Source of the DNA: Escherichia phage PGN6866 | Length of the DNA: 64,000 nt | Sequence record: MT127620 | Direction: 5' to 3' (one strand) | In this document: in pieces, positions 30,048-39,364 of the stretch | How the letters are laid out: the number at the start of each line of letters is the position of its first letter | Position numbering within the stretch: the stretch's first letter is position 1 | Notes under the pieces: model-generated | Seen by the model: only the letters and a program-made list of their open reading frames with translations | What the model was told of the DNA's origin: nothing | Database searches by the model: none | Program-made: the position numbers and the translations under genes

Positions 30048-30224
30048 TTAACTGTTCACTTTAGCTTCAAGTGTTTCGTTTTCAATACTCAAGTCAATCA
30101 CTACACCAGTAAGCTCAACGACTGCTTGGCGAAGGGCATCTTTACCCATAGAGTGTACTTGAGATAAGAAGAAAGCTTTACCTTCTTCAGTGGATAGGGT
30201 TTCTTTTAATTCAGAAGCAGTCAT
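30048..30224 (-). CDS. Small hypothetical protein (58 aa)
   Basis: Hand-translated ORF below track cutoff. Confidence 0.4.
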   Translation of the reverse strand: MTASELKETLSTEEGKAFFLSQVHSMGKDALRQAVVELTGVVIDLSIENETLEAKVNS

Positions 30225-30233
30225 TGATATTCC

Positions 30234-30428
30234 TTATGTTATGTTATAAATTCGCATGATTGTACCACCATTGGCTTCAATAGCAGCAACCATTTGGTTT
30301 CGTTCTTCATCCGTGTAAACTAACACACTTCTAAACTCGCCTGTTGCATCAGTATAAAGGATGTTATATTTTGGAGGCGGTTTACGGTAAATACCTTCCA
30401 TCACTCTTTCTCCTCTCGTTCTTTCCAC
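30234..30428 (-). CDS. Small hypothetical protein
   Basis: ORF. Confidence 0.5.
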   Translation of the reverse strand: MERTRGERVMEGIYRKPPPKYNILYTDATGEFRSVLVYTDEERNQMVAAIEANGGTIMRIYNIT

Positions 30429-30584
30429 AGTTCGGCTAGCTCTAGATAGAACTCAGCCTCATCAGGACGACCTTGTTCATTACAGATGGCGCTCTGACGA
30501 TAACACCAATCCGATGGCATCTCTTCCACTTCAATCTCCTTGTTACGAACCAATCAATAAGAATAGTTCATTCGTCTTATTTAT

Positions 30585-30779
30585 TCACTCTACCAATGCA
30601 GGTACTTCTATCCTTTTAACTGTGAATGTCTTGTTTGGAAACTTTCGAACTAGCTCTGCTGCTTTGGTTATTGCTAAGTTCTCTGTCTCAAAGATACACA
30701 GTTGACCATTTAATGCTACGAGAGTGGAGCCACCGCTGAAGACGGCCCAAGATTCATAATAACCACGAACACTCATCAC
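30585..30779 (-). CDS. Small hypothetical protein
   Basis: ORF. Confidence 0.5.
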   Translation of the reverse strand: MMSVRGYYESWAVFSGGSTLVALNGQLCIFETENLAITKAAELVRKFPNKTFTVKRIEVPALVE

Positions 30780-31144
30780 TCAACCTCAATATTATATAGA
30801 GTTTTCAGTGTATCTTTAATCCAAGTAATTCTTTTTTGGTTCTTGTGGTGTGATCTGTTATCCCTATCTCTGAAATATTGGTCACAGCCAAAAGGGTATG
30901 TATGGTCCGAGAATTTATCTTGGTTAAACATATTCTTCATGTCATCCACGTCTAGATGTTTTGTGAAATAATAATACTTCTTATAACAGCGGAAGTTGAA
31001 GCATAGTCCGTGATCTTCGTTAAACCAAGGAGGACACTCTTCTGTTTGAGTTATATGATAATACTGGAGGAGGAAATCTTCCATCCCTCTCTCCTTGAAT
31101 AAACACCTAAGTGTTCTATAGATTATATTAGTTTCTTTCATCAC
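30776..31144 (-). CDS. Hypothetical protein (122 aa)
   Basis: ORF. Confidence 0.55.
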   Translation of the reverse strand: MMKETNIIYRTLRCLFKERGMEDFLLQYYHITQTEECPPWFNEDHGLCFNFRCYKKYYYFTKHLDVDDMKNMFNQDKFSDHTYPFGCDQYFRDRDNRSHHKNQKRITWIKDTLKTLYNIEVE

Positions 31145-31149
31145 TCACC

Positions 31150-32994
31150 TTAGTGTGTGTGCATCCAGTTAAGTCCAATCTGACAATCAGATGCCAGAGG
31201 ACATTCCATGTTCAGATACTCGCCAGCTTTCTTAACACAAAGCTCAGTGTGCTCTTTGAGTTTCTGTACATCATTACGGTTTACTGAGAATTGACCTTCA
31301 TCGTGCATATCAATTACCTTAGCACAACGAACCTTATCTTTCTCAATCCACTTGTTAAGGAACATCATAGCATATTTCATAACAACAGCACCAGCACATT
31401 GCAGGAGTGTGTTAAGGGCTTTATGAACCATAACCTTACCAGTGGCATCCCGTCTCATTGTAATCTTACGACCATCAACTCCAATCAAGTATCCTTGAGC
31501 AGCTTTCTCTGTCATACGATCAATGAGGATTGCAATACATGGGTTCTCTGCTAAGAAACGTGCTCGCATCACTGAACCTTCGTCAGCCCCACCACCTACA
31601 ATTGAACCAAGCTTAGCGTCACCAGCACCATAGTTGAATGCGTAGATAAACGTCTTAGCGTTGTCACGAGTAGGAAGACCAGCAAGTTTCTGGTTGTGGG
31701 AGTGGATATCACCTTCAAGGAGAATATCACGATACATAATAGCAGAAGCTAAACCACGTTCTGCCAGAGCTTTCTTAGCTGGGTTGTTCTCTTCGATTGC
31801 CTCAGCAAGCATATCCCTACACTCTTTAATGAGGTAGTGAGCGAGCATACGAAGTTCAAGTCCAGAACCATCATACCCTAAGAATACTTCTTTACCAGCG
31901 GGTATGTAATATTTGTAAGCACCTACAGGTTTGTCTTTCTTCCCCGGCTTACCTTTCTCGTAAATTACGTTAGTACCTTTTCGTATATAACAACCATCAG
32001 GAACAACGTTAGTAATAACGAAAGGACGAGAGTGATCACTGTCTGAGTTATAGTCAGACTCAAACAAACTGCGACACTCGTGACCAAACAAACCACGGGA
32101 GGGAATATTAACCACGATACGATGTTTGAATCGAAAAGTTGGCGTAGCGCAGCTGTTAGCTTCTGCCGAAAGTTTACCATCTTCGCGTTCCTTTGCTATA
32201 AGTCCACTGATAAGACCCAGCCTGTGAGCCGCTACAACGCGTCTCTTAAGCAAACTTCCGACACTCCCTAGCTCACCCCCTAACCCTTCTTCAAGAGTCT
32301 CCTCGAGGTTTGTAGGAGCTGTAGGCCACTTGTTTGATGTGGCTAGTGCTTTCTTAATCTCATCAAACGTTACAGGATTACGTCGATTAGGGTTTAATCC
32401 CAAACCAAATACGTAAGCCTTCATATAGTTCTTAGTTTTAAACCTAAAATGCTTTTCTAAGAACTTCTTAATATCAGCGTCAACCATCTCGGCTGTCTGT
32501 TTTTGCTTAGCATTACCTCGCATCCAAGCAGTATACCATGCTTGGTATGTTCCATACTTTCTCATATCTTTCTTAATTTCGAAAGTATTCCAAGGCTTCT
32601 TAGATACGTTAAACTCTGGAGGAAGAAAGCCCTCATCCATAAGAGCTTCTTTAACTCGTGCATCTTTCGATGGGTCAAAGTCTACGTATTCGACACAGGT
32701 GAAAGCTCCACCAATATCTTCTCTCTTCAGCCCAACCCTATCACAATAGGCTTGAGGCCACTTCTGTAAAGCTCCAGACTTCTTAAACGGCTTCATATAA
32801 GTAGAGCCATCTAATCTCATCTTAGGTAAGAGAGGAATCAGTTCTTTGTCAATATTAACAATAATCTCTTTAAGGAGGTGAACATACCACCGAGCATTTC
32901 TTCGGTTGAAACTCACTCCGTGCTTTGCTTGCTTAGAGATTATATCAGCGACAGTCATCTCTGTCAAAAATGGAAGAGCGTCCGGGTTGCTCAC
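31150..32994 (-). CDS. DNA polymerase, family A (polymerase domain only)
   Basis: Motif A DGSGLELR, motif B K..N...YG, motif C VIDMHDE; no exonuclease motifs. Confidence 0.85.
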   Translation of the reverse strand: MSNPDALPFLTEMTVADIISKQAKHGVSFNRRNARWYVHLLKEIIVNIDKELIPLLPKMRLDGSTYMKPFKKSGALQKWPQAYCDRVGLKREDIGGAFTCVEYVDFDPSKDARVKEALMDEGFLPPEFNVSKKPWNTFEIKKDMRKYGTYQAWYTAWMRGNAKQKQTAEMVDADIKKFLEKHFRFKTKNYMKAYVFGLGLNPNRRNPVTFDEIKKALATSNKWPTAPTNLEETLEEGLGGELGSVGSLLKRRVVAAHRLGLISGLIAKEREDGKLSAEANSCATPTFRFKHRIVVNIPSRGLFGHECRSLFESDYNSDSDHSRPFVITNVVPDGCYIRKGTNVIYEKGKPGKKDKPVGAYKYYIPAGKEVFLGYDGSGLELRMLAHYLIKECRDMLAEAIEENNPAKKALAERGLASAIMYRDILLEGDIHSHNQKLAGLPTRDNAKTFIYAFNYGAGDAKLGSIVGGGADEGSVMRARFLAENPCIAILIDRMTEKAAQGYLIGVDGRKITMRRDATGKVMVHKALNTLLQCAGAVVMKYAMMFLNKWIEKDKVRCAKVIDMHDEGQFSVNRNDVQKLKEHTELCVKKAGEYLNMECPLASDCQIGLNWMHTH

Positions 32995-33010
32995 TTTATA
33001 CTCCTTTAAA

Positions 33011-33433
33011 TTATTGGTAAAGTAAATCTGTAAATGCTTGGTTATCTTCTACTACATTCAGCATGGTTGCTTCATCACTATAAGCCCTAACTGTCCCGTT
33101 GACAACTGTCCAAGGAGGGGGCGGAGGTGGTGTATGTGTAGCTCTGGCTTCACGAGGTTGTTCTCGTACCAGATGAGCCACAACCCTCTGATTAGCAACT
33201 TCTTCTCTTTCTCTAATAGCTCTCTGAATGTAGGCCAGCTTCATACCCCAAGCTTCTTCAAACTCTTGAGGGTGTTTATCACTGATAACCACATACTGAC
33301 GTTCAGGAATACCAGAGCGAATCTCTGATAATAATTCATGGAACAAATCTAGTTCATGTTCAGTGAGATTCATTTCGATATCATCCCACTTTAGAACTAA
33401 GAAACGGTTTTGGTGTCTAGCTGGTAATGGCAT
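33011..33433 (-). CDS. Hypothetical protein with poly-Pro stretch
   Basis: ORF upstream of polymerase. Confidence 0.55.
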   Translation of the reverse strand: MPLPARHQNRFLVLKWDDIEMNLTEHELDLFHELLSEIRSGIPERQYVVISDKHPQEFEEAWGMKLAYIQRAIREREEVANQRVVAHLVREQPREARATHTPPPPPPWTVVNGTVRAYSDEATMLNVVEDNQAFTDLLYQ

Positions 33434-33434
33434 C

Positions 33435-33593
33435 CTACTCCACCTCTACTTCAATGTAAGTTCTCTCGCCAACGTCGTCTTTTAAGACCCATGACTTGGC
33501 ATCTTCTTCAGACTTAAAAGCTTTCACAACGCTGTATCCCCCTTCCCATTCATCACCGAACCAGCGCTGTCCTACGTAAATGTATTCTTTCAT
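33435..33593 (-). CDS. Small hypothetical protein (52 aa)
   Basis: Hand-translated ORF. Confidence 0.35.
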   Translation of the reverse strand: MKEYIYVGQRWFGDEWEGGYSVVKAFKSEEDAKSWVLKDDVGERTYIEVEVE

Positions 33594-33596
33594 TAT

Positions 33597-33881
33597 TTAA
33601 CCTTTTGGGAACGGCATTAAAAATTCCATAGCAGATTTAATTTCATTATTGATTCGTGCATCTCGATAAGAGATAAACTTACCTTTGCTATCACGTAACA
33701 TTACATGAGTTCTAGCCGTTTTATGAGGAAGTAAAGTGATACTGGTTGGGATAGTATCAATCCCCACAGAGAACGAATTAACAGTCTTACTCTTGGTTAA
33801 CAGGTAAGACCAAGTACGTGGTTTCTGCTCTGGGCGGTTAGGGTATGTGTCTCGAATCTGTACCATAGCTAACTTATTCAT
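33597..33881 (-). CDS. Small protein, tandem paralog A (C-terminus ...FLMPFPKG)
   Basis: Shares TART.V.LR...GKFISY......PFPKG pattern with next gene. Confidence 0.55.
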   Translation of the reverse strand: MNKLAMVQIRDTYPNRPEQKPRTWSYLLTKSKTVNSFSVGIDTIPTSITLLPHKTARTHVMLRDSKGKFISYRDARINNEIKSAMEFLMPFPKG

Positions 33882-33882
33882 A

Positions 33883-34137
33883 TTAAACTCCTTTGGGGAA
33901 CGGGATGAGGTTTTCTACTGCAACACGGAAAGATTTTTCTACGTTCTTATTCTTATAAGAGATAAATTTTCCATCAGCTCCTCGAAGGAGTACGTTAGTG
34001 CGAGCTGTATTTGGGTTTTGTTGAATCATAGAACGAATGATGTTCTCTGAACCTCTATGCTTATTGGTGAATTTCCAACTGATAGTTTTACCGGTACGAG
34101 TTACATCAATGATATTTACGATTTTTACAATAGACAT
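33883..34137 (-). CDS. Small protein, tandem paralog B (C-terminus ...NLIPFPKGV)
   Basis: See paralog A. Confidence 0.55.
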   Translation of the reverse strand: MSIVKIVNIIDVTRTGKTISWKFTNKHRGSENIIRSMIQQNPNTARTNVLLRGADGKFISYKNKNVEKSFRVAVENLIPFPKGV

Positions 34138-34206
34138 ATTTATTACCTAAGAAGTTTAATTTGGTTTATATAAAAGAAAAGGCCACCTGATTAGGCAGCC
34201 TTTGTT

Positions 34207-34500
34207 CTAGAGACGAAGCCAAGTTTGATAGTCAGCTTCAGTGTAATGGTTGTTTCGAGAGTTGTTTTTCATTTCCTTGAGAGTAGCTCTCAGGTCAATG
34301 TTATGCTCTCTCCTTGTTCTATTCGGGTCTGTATCTTCTAATAGATGGGAGTGATCACTACAAGAGTAGTGCTTATAGTGGTCCCTGTATCCTCTACTTG
34401 GAGAATACTTGGTCATTAAAGTTGCAACTCTTTTTACACCCTCTGCTTTACAGAATTTACAATAAGTGTGAATTGTACATCTTTTTGTTTCTGCTGACAC
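34207..34500 (-). CDS. Cys/His-rich hypothetical protein
   Basis: ORF with CxxC-like motifs. Confidence 0.5.
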   Translation of the reverse strand: MSAETKRCTIHTYCKFCKAEGVKRVATLMTKYSPSRGYRDHYKHYSCSDHSHLLEDTDPNRTRREHNIDLRATLKEMKNNSRNNHYTEADYQTWLRL

Positions 34501-34510
34501 TATAACCTCT

Positions 34511-34825
34511 TTATGAGCTTAAAGCTCCTTTGCGTGCTCCAGCTGCTTTTCCAGCTCGATCACCACTTTTGCCGCCGTTTGAACGGTTTGAGCTGACTGA
34601 TTCAACACGTAAGTTGCTTGACGCATTAGAGCCTCCAGACTTGACAGCTCGTTTGTGTCCAACGTCTTTACCTCTGACAGCAGCTTTTCCATCGCGCTTT
34701 TCAACGATGCGACGTGCACGGTGGCGCTGAGCATCTCCGCTCTTGCTCCCAATTCCCGTTTCACCGCGCTTGATCGCAGTCCTTCTTTCTTGTGCATAGT
34801 CTCTTTTTCCTACATGATCTGCCAT
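34511..34825 (-). CDS. Basic Gly/Lys-rich low-complexity protein
   Basis: RBS aggag, TAATG coupling to upstream gene; locally GC-rich. Confidence 0.45.
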   Translation of the reverse strand: MADHVGKRDYAQERRTAIKRGETGIGSKSGDAQRHRARRIVEKRDGKAAVRGKDVGHKRAVKSGGSNASSNLRVESVSSNRSNGGKSGDRAGKAAGARKGALSS

Positions 34826-35154
34826 TAGATTTCTCCTGATTCTCTTTGATTAAAGGTGTGGATGGCGTGGCAATTAGCACACAATATCCTGCACTTCCTC
34901 ATCTCTTCTTTTACTTGAGATAAAGATCTGGTGTGCCCTTTGGAGAGTTCGAATGACTTAGTTAATGGATTTAAATGATCAAACTGAAGAGCAGATGCGT
35001 GGCCCTTAAAGCCACACTCAGAGCATCCATAGAATGTTTTAACTCTACGGATAAAAGCTAGTTGCCTAACTCTTCTTTTCTCGTTATCTGCCTTTCTCTT
35101 ATCTCTATTTCCTGGGTCGGCCCATCTACACGAGTCATTGCAAAACCTCTGCAT
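34825..35154 (-). CDS. HNH endonuclease
   Basis: C.EC......FDHLNP...LC.NCH motif. Confidence 0.7.
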   Translation of the reverse strand: MQRFCNDSCRWADPGNRDKRKADNEKRRVRQLAFIRRVKTFYGCSECGFKGHASALQFDHLNPLTKSFELSKGHTRSLSQVKEEMRKCRILCANCHAIHTFNQRESGEI

Positions 35155-35242
35155 TATATACTTCGTTACAAATGGTACCTTACAGGTTTCACATTCCTTG
35201 TGGTATGTTGCTATTTGGACCCCCTTGTGTGAACTATAAGAA

Positions 35243-35692
35243 TCAACTCTCTTCTAGTATAATCCTGTACATTGCTTCCTGAGCATCTTTCATATCTACA
35301 TATGGACCAAGCACCTCACTATCTTTTCTGATGAACCAATCACCTTCTTTGAATATCAGAGATACGTGAACATCTTTATTATTTGCTTTGACTGCTCGCC
35401 CCCATGCTGGGTTATGTCGGGATAAATTATCAATATGACAATTATCAGTGCGCCCATCCAGATGGTGTAAATAAGATTGAGGCCACTGGCCTGTCTCTTT
35501 ATACCATACGGCTTTCTTCAATTCAACAATGCCACATGGTAGTCCTATGTATAGGATATTAGGCTGTAAGCTAAAATTATACCACTTAGATGTGAAAGGG
35601 ATTAGAGGTTCCCTTTTGGTGAAAAACATCGGCCCCTCTCGAATGTATTCTAGACTATCTATACACTTCAAAATCTTTTCACTATAAAGCAT
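35243..35692 (-). CDS. HNH homing endonuclease with AP2-like DNA-binding domain
   Basis: HHLDGRTDNCHIDNL (HNH_3-type) motif plus C-terminal AP2-like segment. Confidence 0.7.
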   Translation of the reverse strand: MLYSEKILKCIDSLEYIREGPMFFTKREPLIPFTSKWYNFSLQPNILYIGLPCGIVELKKAVWYKETGQWPQSYLHHLDGRTDNCHIDNLSRHNPAWGRAVKANNKDVHVSLIFKEGDWFIRKDSEVLGPYVDMKDAQEAMYRIILEES

Positions 35693-36432
35693 TAACTGTT
35701 TACCTTTTCCATAGCTTTAACAATAGCTTTACAGAAACCAGAACGAACAATGTCATCTGATTCGCCGTCTACAATCTCAGCAAACTCATACAGATCGTGT
35801 TCATCAATAAAGTTAGTAGCCCAAGTAAGACCGCTCTCACGACCACGCATATCATGCTGGTTAGTATCACCCATGCAGAACAGCTGAGAGGTTTCTCCCA
35901 ATCGAGTCATGATTGAGAAGGCTTCATCTTTAGTGGTGTTCTGGAACTCATCAACAATAACAATAGCATCATTGAAAGAACGACCACGGAGATATTCCAG
36001 AGGTACGAACTCAATGTTACTGTTACCGAGCTGGCATTCATAGAACCCCTTACCGTATCGCTGAGTAATAACATCAATGATAGGCATCAGGTACGGTTCA
36101 AACTTCTCACGCATTCCTCCCGGAAGTAACCCAAGAGAGTTGCCCATGCCGACAGAAGGGCGACTCAGAATGATCTTCTGAATCTTACCGCTCTTCAGTG
36201 CATCAATAACTGTGGAAGTGATTACAAAGGTCTTACCACAGCCCGCAGGAGCGTCTGTGAACACAACTTGTTTAGTCTTAATAGCATTGAGTAGCTCAGA
36301 CTGAAACTGGTTCTGAGGGACTACAGGCTTTGCTAAAACCACCTCTTCATACTCTCGCTTACCTTTACGAGTAACAAGTGCTTCCCGACGAAGGTCTTTC
36401 CGTGATTCTTTCCGTGATTGACGACGACTCAT
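35692..36432 (-). CDS. phoH: PhoH-like ATPase
   Basis: Walker A APAGCGKTF and overall PhoH pattern. Confidence 0.85.
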   Translation of the reverse strand: MSRRQSRKESRKDLRREALVTRKGKREYEEVVLAKPVVPQNQFQSELLNAIKTKQVVFTDAPAGCGKTFVITSTVIDALKSGKIQKIILSRPSVGMGNSLGLLPGGMREKFEPYLMPIIDVITQRYGKGFYECQLGNSNIEFVPLEYLRGRSFNDAIVIVDEFQNTTKDEAFSIMTRLGETSQLFCMGDTNQHDMRGRESGLTWATNFIDEHDLYEFAEIVDGESDDIVRSGFCKAIVKAMEKVNS

Positions 36433-36614
36433 TTACGCTCTCCAATTTCTTCGTAATGACACTCAGTAGTTAAGCAGTCTTTACAGATTGCTGTATAAAC
36501 CCTGACGTTAGTAAATCGTTTGTTCTTCCCTTTGGTTGGAGAGCCTTTGGCAAGCTCTCTGATAACCTTGTTACTTAAGTGAAGGTTTGTTCCTTCACAT
36601 TTAGAGCACTTCAT
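36429..36614 (-). CDS. Small Cys-containing hypothetical protein
   Basis: ORF. Confidence 0.5.
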   Translation of the reverse strand: MKCSKCEGTNLHLSNKVIRELAKGSPTKGKNKRFTNVRVYTAICKDCLTTECHYEEIGERK

Positions 36615-36930
36615 GGTTCATATCTTTATGAATCCTGTAAACAGCTGTCGCCATACAAGCAACAGCCTCGTTGTGTGGGAGGTGCATCCCTGTAGAACCA
36701 TCCCAATCTTTGAACTCATTGTCAAAGACTCCGGTAGGCTCTGGATATAGAGCTTGCAGCTCCACTAGATCATTAGCAACTTGTTGCCATTTATCATCAG
36801 ACCAGATAGGGTCATCCAACCAGTAATACAAATAGGAATGGATGATCAATTGCCTTCTATGCCGATTTATTACTTCAGCGGGACTTATCTCACTTCCATT
36901 TGAAGTCCTAAATGTATTACTGTCAATCAT
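36601..36930 (-). CDS. Hypothetical protein (109 aa)
   Basis: ORF. Confidence 0.5.
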   Translation of the reverse strand: MIDSNTFRTSNGSEISPAEVINRHRRQLIIHSYLYYWLDDPIWSDDKWQQVANDLVELQALYPEPTGVFDNEFKDWDGSTGMHLPHNEAVACMATAVYRIHKDMNHEVL

Positions 36931-37112
36931 TTTACAACCTTAAATTTGAATGTTGTTGGGTGGTAATAGTGCAATCTATTGATAGTGTGCTTTGTTTCAA
37001 GGTATATCCTGCAAGAGTGGCACATGACATGGGTCAGACCAGTCACAGGGTTGGGTTTGAAGTTAGCGATAGGTTTCTCTTTCTTACAGAAGCTACAGAC
37101 TTTCTTTTCCAT
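36927..37112 (-). CDS. Small Zn-ribbon-like protein
   Basis: CSFC...CHSC motif; start trimmed to internal Met. Confidence 0.45.
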   Translation of the reverse strand: MEKKVCSFCKKEKPIANFKPNPVTGLTHVMCHSCRIYLETKHTINRLHYYHPTTFKFKVVK

Positions 37113-37326
37113 CTTTTCTCCAGTGGTCAACGAATTGCTGAAACACTTTACGGTCAAATGTGAAATTACGAGCAATTCCGCATTCTCTAAAAGTGGCAGG
37201 CATATAATCTACATCACCTTCAGATGTATGACCATAGACTTGAATAAGCTTCTTAATCTTATCCTTCTCTCTTCGAGGAAGCATTCTAAATGCCTCCTGA
37301 ATATCTGTAATATGTTTGATTTTCAT
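37093..37326 (-). CDS. Small hypothetical protein
   Basis: ORF. Confidence 0.5.
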   Translation of the reverse strand: MKIKHITDIQEAFRMLPRREKDKIKKLIQVYGHTSEGDVDYMPATFRECGIARNFTFDRKVFQQFVDHWRKDGKESL

Positions 37327-37338
37327 CAGAAATTCCTG

Positions 37339-37473
37339 CTAATCCTCTGGATTATGAGAACAGCAATACTCACATACTCCACAACAAGGGCAAATTTCTA
37401 CACTTGGGTCATATGCATCATCAACTGTCATCCCACACTTGGTGCAGAACACATCGTCATCTTCTTCCAACAT
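37339..37473 (-). CDS. Small Cys-rich protein (44 aa)
   Basis: Hand-translated; TAATG coupling. Confidence 0.35.
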   Translation of the reverse strand: MLEEDDDVFCTKCGMTVDDAYDPSVEICPCCGVCEYCCSHNPED

Positions 37474-37721
37474 TAATTCTCCAAACAAGAATCATTCATC
37501 AGTAGCTCCAAACTATCAAGTGTGTAGTAATAACCAAAGAATGGGGCTGTTGACTTGGAAACCTTTTTATCAAAAAGAGATTGAGAAAGATTTATTTCTA
37601 CTCCAGCATCTTCAAGCTGTTGTTTTGTGGGGTATGTAATGAAAGAGCAAAGCACTTCTGTGTACTCCCCTCTGTCTGTCTCTTCAACACGACTCAGAAT
37701 CCAAATACTTTTACTAGCCAT
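37473..37721 (-). CDS. Small hypothetical protein
   Basis: ORF. Confidence 0.5.
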   Translation of the reverse strand: MASKSIWILSRVEETDRGEYTEVLCSFITYPTKQQLEDAGVEINLSQSLFDKKVSKSTAPFFGYYYTLDSLELLMNDSCLEN

Positions 37722-37722
37722 T

Positions 37723-38379
37723 TTAACTCTCCAAAGTTTTCTTCAGAGCTGCCCATGAGATTGGGTAGAGTTTAGCCATCTCTTCATCTAGAGATTTAGC
37801 AAACACTCGAACTTCATATTGAGCGTGAGAGGAGAGTCGCTGACGGCACAACTCAAACCAGCCATACAAAGAACCAGTCCACACCCACTCAGTGATCATC
37901 CCCTGAGGAAGAACAAATCGAGCTTGCTCTGGTGCAATAAATTCAATCAACTTGTCATATGCTGCTAGAGAAGCTTCATATGCATCGTTAATCAGCATTA
38001 ATGCTTCAGCTCGCTCTCCGTCGATGAGTTGAATCCCTGAACCTGCATGGAGGTCCGAAGGTCTCGCAAAAATCTCTTTAGGGATGAAGACTTCAACTGC
38101 TCCATCTTTATACCGCCGGGACATTTCGTTCCACGAGAATCCAACCTGATGCTTCTGTAGTTGACGAGCGATTGCAATTGGAGCCTTACAACGAAAGGAC
38201 ACTTGTGGATGACGGAACGGGGTGCAATGTTTCTCTCTAGCTAAGAAGTTAATCAGCCGAGTATCACGATCATTCAAATCACCCTCTCGAACAACACCAA
38301 AAGAAACCCTTGCAGCATTAACAACAGTTTTATCACTGCCCATAGCTTCAATCAATGTTGCTTGCAATTGTTCATTCAT
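37723..38379 (-). CDS. thyX: Flavin-dependent thymidylate synthase (ThyX)
   Basis: RHP...S.......S.NE.SRRY pattern resembling the ThyX signature. Confidence 0.8.
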   Translation of the reverse strand: MNEQLQATLIEAMGSDKTVVNAARVSFGVVREGDLNDRDTRLINFLAREKHCTPFRHPQVSFRCKAPIAIARQLQKHQVGFSWNEMSRRYKDGAVEVFIPKEIFARPSDLHAGSGIQLIDGERAEALMLINDAYEASLAAYDKLIEFIAPEQARFVLPQGMITEWVWTGSLYGWFELCRQRLSSHAQYEVRVFAKSLDEEMAKLYPISWAALKKTLES

Positions 38380-38851
38380 ACTTCAACTTCTCCTTGTTAT
38401 AAGCAATCTCTGCTTCCTCTGGAGTGTGGAAAGTTCCTAAATGCTTAGTCTTTCCATTAACTCCGATGATAGCTCTGAATTTTGTACCACTAGCCGTTTC
38501 TCTGATGTAAACACCCATTGGAAGTTTTCCAGCTTTTCCGGCTCTGTTGTATTGTTTTCTGTTATGACAGTTTGTAGATGGGTCAACATCTCTTAGATTT
38601 TTAAGAGAGTCATCCAGTTTAATCTGGTTGATATGATCAATCTCAAACTCAGGCATCTTTCCATAAGAGAAAAACCAAGCTAATCGACACGCTCTGTAAG
38701 ATTTCCCTTCATAATAAATGTACCTGTAACCGGATGTTGAGACACACCCAGCAATGCTCCCTGATACTCTCCTACCTTTAGTATTCTTCCACCTAAAGAT
38801 TCCAGTATCAGGGTCATATGCTAGGTCTTCTTTTATCTTATCAGTTAACAC
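38372..38851 (-). CDS. HNH homing endonuclease with AP2 domain
   Basis: EIDHINQIKLDDSLKNL plus AP2-like GVY....GTKFRA...NGK..HLGTFHTPEEA. Confidence 0.75.
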   Translation of the reverse strand: MLTDKIKEDLAYDPDTGIFRWKNTKGRRVSGSIAGCVSTSGYRYIYYEGKSYRACRLAWFFSYGKMPEFEIDHINQIKLDDSLKNLRDVDPSTNCHNRKQYNRAGKAGKLPMGVYIRETASGTKFRAIIGVNGKTKHLGTFHTPEEAEIAYNKEKLKYE

Positions 38852-39116
38852 CTAAAGCTGTATCCAAAAATGCTTTCAGGTTTGCTTCAGTCTGCATACC
38901 AGAGAGGCTGTAGTGTGCACCACTGTTACGGTCAGGAACAACGAAAGCAGGGATACTTCGTACACCATACTTAACAGCTTGCTCACGACCATCACCTTCA
39001 AGGATGTTAATCTCTTCCACTTCTACATCAAACTCCTTAACAACCTTCTCAAAGGTAGGAGCCATTGCTTTACATGGAGCACACTGATCACTATAAAACT
39101 TAATTACTTTAGACAT
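38841..39116 (-). CDS. Thioredoxin/glutaredoxin-like protein
   Basis: CAPC active-site motif near N-terminus; 91 aa. Confidence 0.75.
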   Translation of the reverse strand: MSKVIKFYSDQCAPCKAMAPTFEKVVKEFDVEVEEINILEGDGREQAVKYGVRSIPAFVVPDRNSGAHYSLSGMQTEANLKAFLDTALGVN

Positions 39117-39124
39117 GTAAATCC

Positions 39125-39304
39125 TTATGCAGTCAGGAGGTGAAGCAGGAATGGGATAACAACAGCTACGATAACCATGATGGTTGATGCTGTTTGAATC
39201 TCACCTTTCTTATCAGGAGTTTCTTCAATAAGCTTACCAGAAGCCCAATAAATACCACCACCAATAAAGATAGCCCAAATACCCCATACGATTGCTGATA
39301 ACAT
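39125..39304 (-). CDS. Small two-TM membrane protein (59 aa)
   Basis: Hand-translated frame has genome-typical codon usage (ggt/gct/atc/gtt) unlike overlapping track ORF 39166-39438. Confidence 0.45.
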   Translation of the reverse strand: MLSAIVWGIWAIFIGGGIYWASGKLIEETPDKKGEIQTASTIMVIVAVVIPFLLHLLTA

Positions 39305-39364
39305 ATATCTATATCCTTATAAATAAGTTCGCCCCACCTCGGGTTAGGAGACAGGGCGGAGGTT

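Noticed and set aside
34519-34797. 92-aa minus-strand ORF overlapping 34511-34825 in another frame
   Set aside because: Its start lies inside the other ORF with no RBS; long alternative-frame ORFs are expected in a GC-rich segment. Not fully excluded.
36979-37476. 165-aa plus-strand ORF
   Set aside because: Antisense to four tightly coupled minus-strand genes; low-complexity translation and no RBS.
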